Assembly: GCA_024692185.1 (NCBI GenBank)
Contig: JAILMV010000197.1
Coordinates: 1 to 43,497 of the forward strand
Direction of reading: 5' to 3'
DNA length: 43,497 nt
Source of the DNA: Bacteroidales bacterium
GTDB taxonomy: Bacteria > Bacteroidota > Bacteroidia > Bacteroidales > UBA932
Numbering within the stretch: the stretch's first letter is position 1; each line of letters starts with the position of its first letter. Below are positions 1 through 7,968 of this stretch, in pieces. The notes under the pieces were generated by a model that was not told the DNA's origin, ran no database searches, and saw nothing but the letters and a program-made list of their open reading frames with translations. Made by a program: the position numbers and the translations under genes.

Positions 1-1
1 C

Positions 2-82
2 AATATCATCAGTCCCCTGATGAGTATTCTCGTGGCCGCGACCGGCTATAAGATATTCAAGAAAAAAGCCCCTGCAGCATAG
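2..82 (+). CDS. 3' end of a membrane protein, probably NhaC-family Na+/H+ antiporter (partial)
   Basis: Frame 2 reads NIISPLMSILVAATGYKIFKKKAPAA*, resembling the C-terminus of Bacteroidales NhaC proteins. Only 26 residues are visible. Confidence 0.55.
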   Translation, partial: NIISPLMSILVAATGYKIFKKKAPAA

Positions 83-113
83 CAGACTCATCATTTATTG
101 TGATTTCAGTTTA

Positions 114-158
114 ATCATTATTGGCGATTGACCGATAATGATCGGCTGGCTAATTTTG
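114..158 (+). promoter_or_regulatory. Promoter of the iron-uptake-like operon with a Fur-like inverted repeat
   Basis: -7 box TAATTTTG at 151-158. ATCATTATTGG (114-124) and CCGATAATGAT (132-142) form an inverted repeat with 1 mismatch and contain GATAATGAT Fur-type hexamers. Confidence 0.55.
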
Positions 159-181
159 CACTGCAAAATGGCAGAGAAGCT

Positions 182-1459
182 ATGAAATTCACAATATATT
201 GCGCTGCATTGGCAATGCTTTTGGCTGCACAGCCCGCCAATGCGCAGATTACCAATAAGAAGGCACTTACTATAGGCGGATACGGCGAAGTCGCCATGAC
301 CCGCAATTTCTATAACGATAGCCCCTACATCTACGCCAAGCCCGACAATTATAAGGATGCTCCCGGTCACGGACGTTTCGACATCCCCCGCGCTACAATC
401 TTCATAGGATATGATTTCGGCAAGGGCTGGACTATGCAGAGCGAGATTGAATTCGAGCATACCGGCACGGGCGCAGCCATAGAAAGGGAATATGAGGAAG
501 CAGGCGAATTCGAGCATGAAATCGAAAAAGGCGGAGAGGTCGAGATGGAGCAGTTCTGGATCCAGAAGAGCTTCATGGACCAGCTCAATGTGCGTGTGGG
601 CCATATCGTCGTGCCCGTAGGTGGCCTCAACAATGCCCATGAACCGATGAACTTCTTCACAGTTTACCGCCCCGAGGGAGAATACACCATCATGCCTTCC
701 ACCTGGCATGATACCGGAATCAGCATCTGGGGCCAGGCAGGAGACTGGCGCTACGAAGCATTGATGGTAGCCGGTTTGGATGCCTTCATGTTCAATACCG
801 ACAATTTCATAAAGAACGGAGCAGGTTCGCCTTATGAATTCAAGGTTGCCAATACTTACGGATTCGCCGGGCGCATCGACAACAGTTCCATTAAGGACCT
901 CCGTCTCAGTCTGAGCGGATGGTACGGTAATTCGATGCACAACACCTATCCAAACGACCTCAGAGGCGAAGGTATGAAATACGACCAGTGCAGAGGTACG
1001 GTGCTTATAGGATCGTTTGACTTTGCCTACAAGACGGCCCGCCTGACAGTCAGGGGCAATGCCGACTACGCAACTCTGGGCGATGCCGCCGACATCAGCA
1101 AGGCCAAGGCCGTCCGCGCCGCGAACGACTCTCCTTATTCCAAAGAGCCGGTAGGGCGCGCCGCCTATGCTTTCGGGCTCGAGGCCGGCTACGACATCAT
1201 CCCTTGGTTCAATATCAAGGACAAGACTCAGAAGCTCTATGTTTTCGGCCGTGGAGAGGCCTACAATCCTTACATCCCCGCCGACGGACAGACCAGCGCA
1301 ACCTATACCGAAAAGGTTCGTATGGCATTCGGATTCAACTGGATTCCTATTCCGCAGATTGCGGTGAAATGCGAATACTCCAAGCGTTTCCTGAAGAGCG
1401 GATACATCGACGAGCCCTCGGTATCGCTGGGCATAGTTTACATGGGATTTTTCAACTAG
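182..1459 (+). CDS. Outer-membrane beta-barrel (porin-like) protein of the imelysin operon
   Basis: Start moved to ATG 182, downstream of the -7 box. Signal peptide MKFTIYCAALAMLLAAQPANA, alternating beta-strand pattern, EIEFEH motif, aromatic C-terminus (YMGFFN). Confidence 0.75.
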   Translation: MKFTIYCAALAMLLAAQPANAQITNKKALTIGGYGEVAMTRNFYNDSPYIYAKPDNYKDAPGHGRFDIPRATIFIGYDFGKGWTMQSEIEFEHTGTGAAIEREYEEAGEFEHEIEKGGEVEMEQFWIQKSFMDQLNVRVGHIVVPVGGLNNAHEPMNFFTVYRPEGEYTIMPSTWHDTGISIWGQAGDWRYEALMVAGLDAFMFNTDNFIKNGAGSPYEFKVANTYGFAGRIDNSSIKDLRLSLSGWYGNSMHNTYPNDLRGEGMKYDQCRGTVLIGSFDFAYKTARLTVRGNADYATLGDAADISKAKAVRAANDSPYSKEPVGRAAYAFGLEAGYDIIPWFNIKDKTQKLYVFGRGEAYNPYIPADGQTSATYTEKVRMAFGFNWIPIPQIAVKCEYSKRFLKSGYIDEPSVSLGIVYMGFFN

Positions 1460-1488
1460 TCATAATTAGTTAATTAGTATATATTACG

Positions 1489-2703
1489 ATGAAAAACATT
1501 TTCAAATTCCTTGCAATTGCGGCTACGGCCGCCCTTGCAGTCACGGCATGTGACAAAGACGAAAGAGACAACAGCGGTGTACTTACATCTTACGAGAAAG
1601 AAATCAAAGCCGCATCCGAACAATACCTCAGCAAAGTAGTTTATGCCACATACGGCAAGCTTGCTGACGCCGGCACGGTGCTCTATGAGGACCTCGCAGC
1701 CCTGCGCGATGCCGAGACCATCAGCCAGGCAGCTATCGACAAGGCCTGCGCAGACTTCCTTACTGCCCGTCAGTACTGGGAAGAGAGCGAAGCCTTCCTC
1801 TTCGGAGCAGCCACCGACTTCGGCATCGACCCCCACATCGACTCATGGCCTCTCGACCGCAAGCGCCTCGCCATCAACCTTTCCAACAAGGACGTGGTCG
1901 CCCAGCTTAAGGAAGAAGGTGCAGGTGCAATCGACCTGGTAGGTGCCTCCGCCCTAGGGTTCCACGGAATCGAGTTCATCCTCTTCCGCGATGGTGCAAA
2001 CCGTACCGTAGCTGCCCTCAATGCCGAGGAAGATGCTGCCGAATTCCAGGGAAAGGCCGTTACCGGCGAGCAGGAGCTCATCTTCGCAGCCGCAGTGGCA
2101 GAAGACCTCATGATCCACCTCTACGAACTGAACGTGAGCTGGAATGCAGATGCCCCCAAGGAGCAGCAGGAAGCCGTCGAAGAGGCTGAACTCAACTGCA
2201 CCGTGAACGGAACAGACAAGACCTACGGCGAAGTGCTCGCAGGTGCAGCCGAAAAAGGCAGCAACTACGCTACCTGGCAGGAAGTTGCCCAGACCGTGCT
2301 CAGCGCCGGCTGCGCAAACATTGCAAACGAGGTATTCTCCTCCAAGATGGGCCAGGCCTACAGCGGAGAGGACGAGAGCTATATCGAAAGCCCCTACAGC
2401 AAGAAATCCTTCGTGGACTTCAAGGACAACATCCTTTCCATCCAGAACAGCCTCTATGGCAGCTATGAAGCCGGTTCCGTAGCAGCGAACTCCTTCCTCA
2501 GCTTCCTCAAGAAGCATCACGCAAGCGAGGCTTCCAAAATTGAAAGCACTCTCGCAGACGCTCTTAAGGCTCTTCAGGCATGCATCGACAGCAAAGTCGC
2601 CTTCGTGGACAATCCCAAGGCTGCTTATGTAAAGACCGCCATCGATGCAATCTCCGCACTGAACGATGCCCTCGAAGAGGCGGCAGCGGCAATCAAAGAC
2701 TAA
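1489..2703 (+). CDS. Imelysin-like (peptidase M75, IrpA/LruA-like) iron-regulated lipoprotein
   Basis: Lipobox VTAC; HIDSWPLD and GFHGIE (GxHxxE) imelysin motifs. Confidence 0.88.
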   Translation: MKNIFKFLAIAATAALAVTACDKDERDNSGVLTSYEKEIKAASEQYLSKVVYATYGKLADAGTVLYEDLAALRDAETISQAAIDKACADFLTARQYWEESEAFLFGAATDFGIDPHIDSWPLDRKRLAINLSNKDVVAQLKEEGAGAIDLVGASALGFHGIEFILFRDGANRTVAALNAEEDAAEFQGKAVTGEQELIFAAAVAEDLMIHLYELNVSWNADAPKEQQEAVEEAELNCTVNGTDKTYGEVLAGAAEKGSNYATWQEVAQTVLSAGCANIANEVFSSKMGQAYSGEDESYIESPYSKKSFVDFKDNILSIQNSLYGSYEAGSVAANSFLSFLKKHHASEASKIESTLADALKALQACIDSKVAFVDNPKAAYVKTAIDAISALNDALEEAAAAIKD

Positions 2704-2724
2704 GAATAATCATTCTGACTTAAA

Positions 2725-4512
2725 ATGAAGAAACTACACAGCGTCGTTTTACTGATCCTTGCAGCAGGCCTTCTGGTCTCCTGCAAGGATTCCAAAAATG
2801 ATATCCCCGAAAGCAAAGGGGAAAGCAATTATATTGGCAAGGCCGTAGGCAACTTCGAGGCATCCGAATGGTACCCCGGAGGCGCCCTCGGCACTACCGA
2901 CAACGTGCTCGCAGGATGCTACGAGGACGAAACCCCTGCCGTGAATGCCCAGGGACTTATTTCCGAATTCAATCACGGCGAGTTCTTCTTCGAGAGGAAC
3001 ATCACCGAAAGCACCGCTCCCTTCAAGGGTCTGGGCCCCGCGGCGGTGCGCAAAAGCTGCCTGGACTGCCATCCCGCATACGGACATGGTAAGCGCCAGA
3101 CCGAATATGTGGCCAATGACGGCCGCTCCATGGGAAATGGCTATCTGCTGGTAGTATATCAGGCCACCGGCAGCAACAACAACCCCAATGGCGACTATAC
3201 CAACGACGGCCCCTATGTGGCCGAAGTCACCGGCATGCCCCAGACCATGGCCAACGAACCCTTCCTTCCCCCTATCGACGAGAGCCAGATCAGCATAGTC
3301 TGGCATAAGGTCAGCGAAATGCCCTCCGGCCTCCCTCTAAAATTCGAGGATGGGGACAGCGTGGAGCTGATCTACCCCGAAGTGATCATTCCTGAAAGCG
3401 CATTCAATACCATGCCCACCCCGCACGCCTCCGGCAAGCCCATAGGATACAGGCTTGAATCCACAATCGGCGTAATCGGTTCGGGAATCATCGACGCAAT
3501 AGACCAGGAAGACATCAAAGAACAATATCGTGCCGAGGCCCCTTACGTAGAGCTCAACCCTGCGTTCTGGGACAAGGAGGCGAACGACTTCGCAGCATCG
3601 GCTTACTACCACAATTGGCAGGCAGGTGCCAATGGAGCAGGCTATGACGCCGACGGTAATTATTATGAGAGAGATACTTACCGTGACGGCAAGCTGCTGA
3701 AGAAGTTCACCTACGCAATGACCCGCGGCACCCTCCAGGACGGTGCAGGTGCTAACGCAATCTGGAACATCACCAACGTCAGCCGGCCCGACCGTCCTTA
3801 TCTTTATACCACAGTTGCCTGGGCAAAGGCAATGAGCGAGAATGCAGACGTAATAGCCAAGATACGCGCAGCAGGCAAAGAATCGCCTTACTACTGCGAC
3901 GTGGACGGCAATGGCAGCGTGACCGACGCCGAGATCAGCGAAGCGGTCCTCGCCCTGCTCAGCCCCAAGACCAACCAGTTCGACAACAAGTACCATAACT
4001 TCACTCCCGAGATGAGCGCCGACGAATTCTATGACTTCATGGTCTGGCACCGCGGCCTGGCAATCCCCCGTGCGAGGAATCTGCAGCAGGAGGAGGTACA
4101 GAAGGGCAAGAAGCTCTTCAACGAACTTGGCTGCGCATCCTGCCACCGTGCAAAGTGGGAGACCCGCGAGGACAATTACTGGTCCCCTGCAATGAACGGC
4201 AAGAAGCCACTCCCCCGCTATGCCCATCAGACCATCTACCCTTACTCGGACTTCATCCAGCACAGGCTCTACATGGTCAATGACATCCACGGTACCTGGT
4301 GCCGCACCACCCCTCTCTGGGGCCGCGGGCTCAGCCAGGCCAACACCGGAGCATCCGACCGTCTGCACGACTGCCGCGCCCGTAACACTATGGAAGCCAT
4401 CATGTGGCACGGCTACAGCAAGGAAAGCGATGCATACAAGGCAACTGAGAAATTTTCAAAACTGACTAAAGAAGAAAGAGATGCAGTTGTTAAATTCGTA
4501 GACTCTATTTAA
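2725..4512 (+). CDS. Di-heme oxidoreductase (DHOR) family lipoprotein
   Basis: Lipobox LVSC; two CxxCH motifs (CLDCH, CASCH); GLGP and RTTPLWGRG..LHDCRAR motifs; adjacent to imelysin. Confidence 0.88.
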   Translation: MKKLHSVVLLILAAGLLVSCKDSKNDIPESKGESNYIGKAVGNFEASEWYPGGALGTTDNVLAGCYEDETPAVNAQGLISEFNHGEFFFERNITESTAPFKGLGPAAVRKSCLDCHPAYGHGKRQTEYVANDGRSMGNGYLLVVYQATGSNNNPNGDYTNDGPYVAEVTGMPQTMANEPFLPPIDESQISIVWHKVSEMPSGLPLKFEDGDSVELIYPEVIIPESAFNTMPTPHASGKPIGYRLESTIGVIGSGIIDAIDQEDIKEQYRAEAPYVELNPAFWDKEANDFAASAYYHNWQAGANGAGYDADGNYYERDTYRDGKLLKKFTYAMTRGTLQDGAGANAIWNITNVSRPDRPYLYTTVAWAKAMSENADVIAKIRAAGKESPYYCDVDGNGSVTDAEISEAVLALLSPKTNQFDNKYHNFTPEMSADEFYDFMVWHRGLAIPRARNLQQEEVQKGKKLFNELGCASCHRAKWETREDNYWSPAMNGKKPLPRYAHQTIYPYSDFIQHRLYMVNDIHGTWCRTTPLWGRGLSQANTGASDRLHDCRARNTMEAIMWHGYSKESDAYKATEKFSKLTKEERDAVVKFVDSI

Positions 4513-4522
4513 CAAGCATCTT

Positions 4523-6709
4523 ATGTATACAAAGCCATACAAATATATCTCATTTACTAGCGTGGCAGCTCTCATCGTGATGATGACGGCTGCCACCATC
4601 CTTGAAAAAATCAAGGGGACGGAATATGCCTTGGAGCATTTCTACCATTCCCCTATATTCATATGCCTGTGGGGGCTCGCGGCCATCTGCGGACTGATCT
4701 ATATCTTCGGCCGAAAGATGCAGAAAAGCCCGGCCACCATGGCCCTTCACCTTTCCCTGGTCTTAATCCTTGCGGGAGCCCTCACCACTCATCTCTGCGG
4801 GAAGAGCGGCTATATCGAACTTGCTCCAGGGCAAGAGCTGTCCTCCTATCTCGACGACGATGGCTCTCCCGCAGGGGAGCTGCCCTTCAGCATCAAGCTG
4901 AACCGTTTCGTAATAGAGCATTACGAGGGTTCCAAGGCTCCTTCGGACTTTGTAAGCGAGGTCAGCGTAAGCCGGGACGGGAAGTCGCAGGAGATGACTA
5001 TCTCAATGAACAATATCGGCAAGGTGGCGGGCTGGAGGCTCTATCAGGCGGATTTCGACATGGCCAGCGGCAGTTCCACCCTTGCTCTGAGTCACGATCC
5101 CTGGGGCATTGGTATCACTTATTGCGGCTACCTGCTGCTGCTCGTAAGCATGATAGGCTTTTTCTTCCAGAAGAATAGCGGGTTCAAGGCTGCGTTGCGC
5201 CGCCTCGGCAGCACTGCGGCCCTGTTCCTTCTTATAATTCCCTGTACATACGCAGCGGAGGAACGGTCTTCCTCTGAGACCGCTGCCACCCTCGGCACGC
5301 TGAGAGGGAGGGGCCCATCGGAGATGGGAGGGGTCTCGCGGAGCGAGACGGTCGAAGAGGAAGAACCTTCCGCAGCTGCGATAGTACTGTCCGAGGATTT
5401 GGCGGAGGAGCTGGGAGACCTGTATGTTTACTACGGCGACCGCATCTGCCCCCTGCAGACCCTGGCCAGGCAATACAGCCTCAAAGCCTACGGAAAAGGC
5501 CATTACGGCCCCTACAGCGCCGAACAAGTACTCAGCGGCTGGCTATTCTGGTACGACTGGTGGAAAGACGTCCCCATCAAGCTCAAGGCCAAGGAACGCG
5601 GCACCCGCAAAGAAGCGGAGAAGCACGCCATACAACTCGAGGTACATAACGGCAAAGCCCTCAAGATATTCCCCCTGGCAGACAGCCTCGGAAACGTCAG
5701 CTGGTACAGTTGCGATGACGATCTTCCCGCCGGGCTGGAATACGAAGAATGGGTGTTCGTGCGCAAATCCCTGGACCTGCTGCGCACAGAAGTGAAGGAA
5801 GGAGACTGGGAAGCGGCCGGAGAACTGATAAGCAAGATACGGCTCTATCAGCAGAAACGGGCCGGATCCGTACTGCCCTCCGACGCGAGATTCAAGGCAG
5901 AGAAGTTCTACAACGGCATCTCACGCCCTTCCGTGCCCTTCATGGCGACCATCACCCTGGGACTCATCTTCTTCATAATCTTCGGCATACGGATGGCCGA
6001 GGAGAAGCAGCCTTCGGCCACGGTGCGCAAGCTGCTGGCCTGTTATGCTGCCCTGCTGCTGGCTTATCTGACGCTGGCCATAGGCCTGCGCTGGTACATC
6101 TCCGGGCACGGGCCCTTCAACGGGAGCTATAACATAATGATGCTGATGGCCTGGATGGCCTGCATAGCACATCTGTGCCTTTCGAAGAAGATGCCCCTGA
6201 CAGGGCCTCTGACCCTCCTGCTGGCCGGATTCACAATGCTGATGGCTTCGCTGGCCAGTACCAATCCAAAGATTACACCGCTGATGCCGGTGCTGCAGAG
6301 TCCCCTGCTTTCGATACACGTGCTGAGCATGATGCTCTCCTATACCTTCTTCGGCCTGGCCGCACTGAACGGGATAATGGGACTGCTGATGCCAAAGACT
6401 GCATCCGGGAAGCTTAAGGACATCAGCATGGTCATACTCTACCCCGCAGTATTCCTGCTCACATTCGGCACCTTCCTGGGGGCCGTGTGGGCAAATATCT
6501 CTTGGGGAAGTTACTGGGCCTGGGACCCGAAAGAAACTTGGGCGCTGATCACCTTGATGGTGTACGCCATGGCATTGCACGGGAACTCACTGCGCTTCAT
6601 GCAGAAGCCCAAAGTCTTCCATGCTTATTGCATATTCGCATTCCTATGCGTGTTGATCACCTATTTCGGTGTCAACCTGATCTTGGGAGGAATGCACAGT
6701 TACGCCTGA
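4523..6709 (+). CDS. ccsA: Fused cytochrome c biogenesis protein CcsBA (System II; ResB-like plus CcsA)
   Basis: Multiple TM segments, WWD motif WGSYWAWDPKETW, C-terminal GMHSYA. Confidence 0.88.
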   Translation: MYTKPYKYISFTSVAALIVMMTAATILEKIKGTEYALEHFYHSPIFICLWGLAAICGLIYIFGRKMQKSPATMALHLSLVLILAGALTTHLCGKSGYIELAPGQELSSYLDDDGSPAGELPFSIKLNRFVIEHYEGSKAPSDFVSEVSVSRDGKSQEMTISMNNIGKVAGWRLYQADFDMASGSSTLALSHDPWGIGITYCGYLLLLVSMIGFFFQKNSGFKAALRRLGSTAALFLLIIPCTYAAEERSSSETAATLGTLRGRGPSEMGGVSRSETVEEEEPSAAAIVLSEDLAEELGDLYVYYGDRICPLQTLARQYSLKAYGKGHYGPYSAEQVLSGWLFWYDWWKDVPIKLKAKERGTRKEAEKHAIQLEVHNGKALKIFPLADSLGNVSWYSCDDDLPAGLEYEEWVFVRKSLDLLRTEVKEGDWEAAGELISKIRLYQQKRAGSVLPSDARFKAEKFYNGISRPSVPFMATITLGLIFFIIFGIRMAEEKQPSATVRKLLACYAALLLAYLTLAIGLRWYISGHGPFNGSYNIMMLMAWMACIAHLCLSKKMPLTGPLTLLLAGFTMLMASLASTNPKITPLMPVLQSPLLSIHVLSMMLSYTFFGLAALNGIMGLLMPKTASGKLKDISMVILYPAVFLLTFGTFLGAVWANISWGSYWAWDPKETWALITLMVYAMALHGNSLRFMQKPKVFHAYCIFAFLCVLITYFGVNLILGGMHSYA
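5251..5380. repeat. 130-bp palindromic REP/MITE-like element read in frame inside ccsBA
   Basis: 25-bp imperfect terminal inverted repeats (21/25 match), internal hairpins CCCATC-GGA-GATGGG and GTCTCGC-GGA-GCGAGAC, ATA on both flanks. Confidence 0.7.
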
Positions 6710-7285
6710 TCAGAAGGTATCCATCAAGGCCATTACCCTGGCTTCTACCTCAGGTATGGTGCCTACGGCATCTACTTCGTGATAGAGGCCTTTTTCTTTA
6801 TATACCTCGATTAGAGGTTCGGTCTTGGCATGATAGGTACGGATGCGGTTGGCGATGGTTTCGTCGTTCGCATCGTCGGCGCGGCCTTCGATGAGGGCAC
6901 GGCCCTTGATGCGCTCCTTGATAACCTCGTCGGGAATCATCAGGGAGATGACTCCTGTCACATACTCGTCGCGGGATTCCAGCATTTCGTCCAGGTCGAT
7001 TGCCTGCTGGACAGTGCGGGGAAAACCGTCGAGAAGGAAGCCGTTCACCTCGGGATTGGCAGCGAAAACGCCGGCTATCATCCCTTCCACCACCTCGTCG
7101 GGAACCAGCTCGCCCTTTTCGATAAGGGCCTTGGCCTGCTTGCCAAGCTCGGTTCCGGCAGCGATTTCGCTGCGCAGGAGTTCACCTGTGGAGATGTGCT
7201 TAAGATGGTATCTTTCCACCATAGGGGCAGCGTGGGTGCCCTTGCCGGCTCCGGGAGGGCCGAACATGATAAAATACTTTTGCAT
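6710..7285 (-). CDS. adk: Adenylate kinase (short LID type)
   Basis: GPPGAGKGT P-loop, HISTGELLR, LLDGFPRT, GRADD. Confidence 0.97.
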   Translation of the reverse strand: MQKYFIMFGPPGAGKGTHAAPMVERYHLKHISTGELLRSEIAAGTELGKQAKALIEKGELVPDEVVEGMIAGVFAANPEVNGFLLDGFPRTVQQAIDLDEMLESRDEYVTGVISLMIPDEVIKERIKGRALIEGRADDANDETIANRIRTYHAKTEPLIEVYKEKGLYHEVDAVGTIPEVEARVMALMDTF

Positions 7286-7287
7286 AA

Positions 7288-7854
7288 CTATTCCAACACG
7301 TAAATATCCTTGAGATTGCGTCCCAGCTCGTCATAGTCGAGGCCGAAACCTACTATGAAACGGTTGGGGATCTCCGCACCCACGTAATCCAGCTTGTCGC
7401 GGCCCTTGAAGACCTCGGGCTTGAGCAGCATGGTGCAGATCTTGACATCTTTCGCGCCTTTCTCCAGCAGCTTTTTCTTCAGCTCGACTATGGTATTGCC
7501 TGTATCCACGATGTCTTCGCAAACTATCACGGGACGGCCCTTGATGTCGGTGCTGAGGGGCATCACCTCCCTGACTACGCCGGTGGAAGATGTTCCCACA
7601 TAGGAAGACAACTTCATGGAAGCCAGTTCCACGGGGAAGGACAGGCGCTGCATCAGCTCTCCGGTGAACATTACGGAGCCGTGAAGTATGCAGAGCAGTA
7701 CGGGGATGTCCTCTTCGCAGGGGCAGGAATAATCGTGACCGGGGCGGGTATAATCAGCATTGATCTTATCTGCCACACCATCAATGATTTGCGAGATTTT
7801 CTCGTAAGGAATGAAAGGTACGAAGACCTTGTCATGAATATAAACTTTATCCAT
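7288..7854 (-). CDS. hpt: Hypoxanthine phosphoribosyltransferase
   Basis: LSSY.GTSSTG, VCEDIVDTGNT PRPP loop, FIVGFGLDYDELGRNL. Confidence 0.95.
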   Translation of the reverse strand: MDKVYIHDKVFVPFIPYEKISQIIDGVADKINADYTRPGHDYSCPCEEDIPVLLCILHGSVMFTGELMQRLSFPVELASMKLSSYVGTSSTGVVREVMPLSTDIKGRPVIVCEDIVDTGNTIVELKKKLLEKGAKDVKICTMLLKPEVFKGRDKLDYVGAEIPNRFIVGFGLDYDELGRNLKDIYVLE

Positions 7855-7884
7855 ATCGAAAGATTCAAAGCATAAAGTTACAAA

Positions 7885-7950
7885 TATTTCCGATACGAAA
7901 ACAGAAAAAATGTTTCAGATACGTTTTTATCTGATTGACATTTACGTTTG
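7885..7950 (+). promoter_or_regulatory. Promoter of the HhH gene with repeated TGTTTC-type boxes
   Basis: TATTTCCGATACG (7885-7897) and TGTTTCAGATACG (7911-7923) are direct repeats; -7 box TACGTTTG at 7943-7950. Confidence 0.6.
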
Positions 7951-7968
7951 CTGAGACTAACTTCCGCC

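Noticed and set aside
2701-2720. Internal Fur-like box AGAATAATCATTCT between the imelysin and DHOR genes
   Set aside because: Only about 10/14 match to the 7-1-7 consensus, in an AT-rich translation leader with no promoter box.
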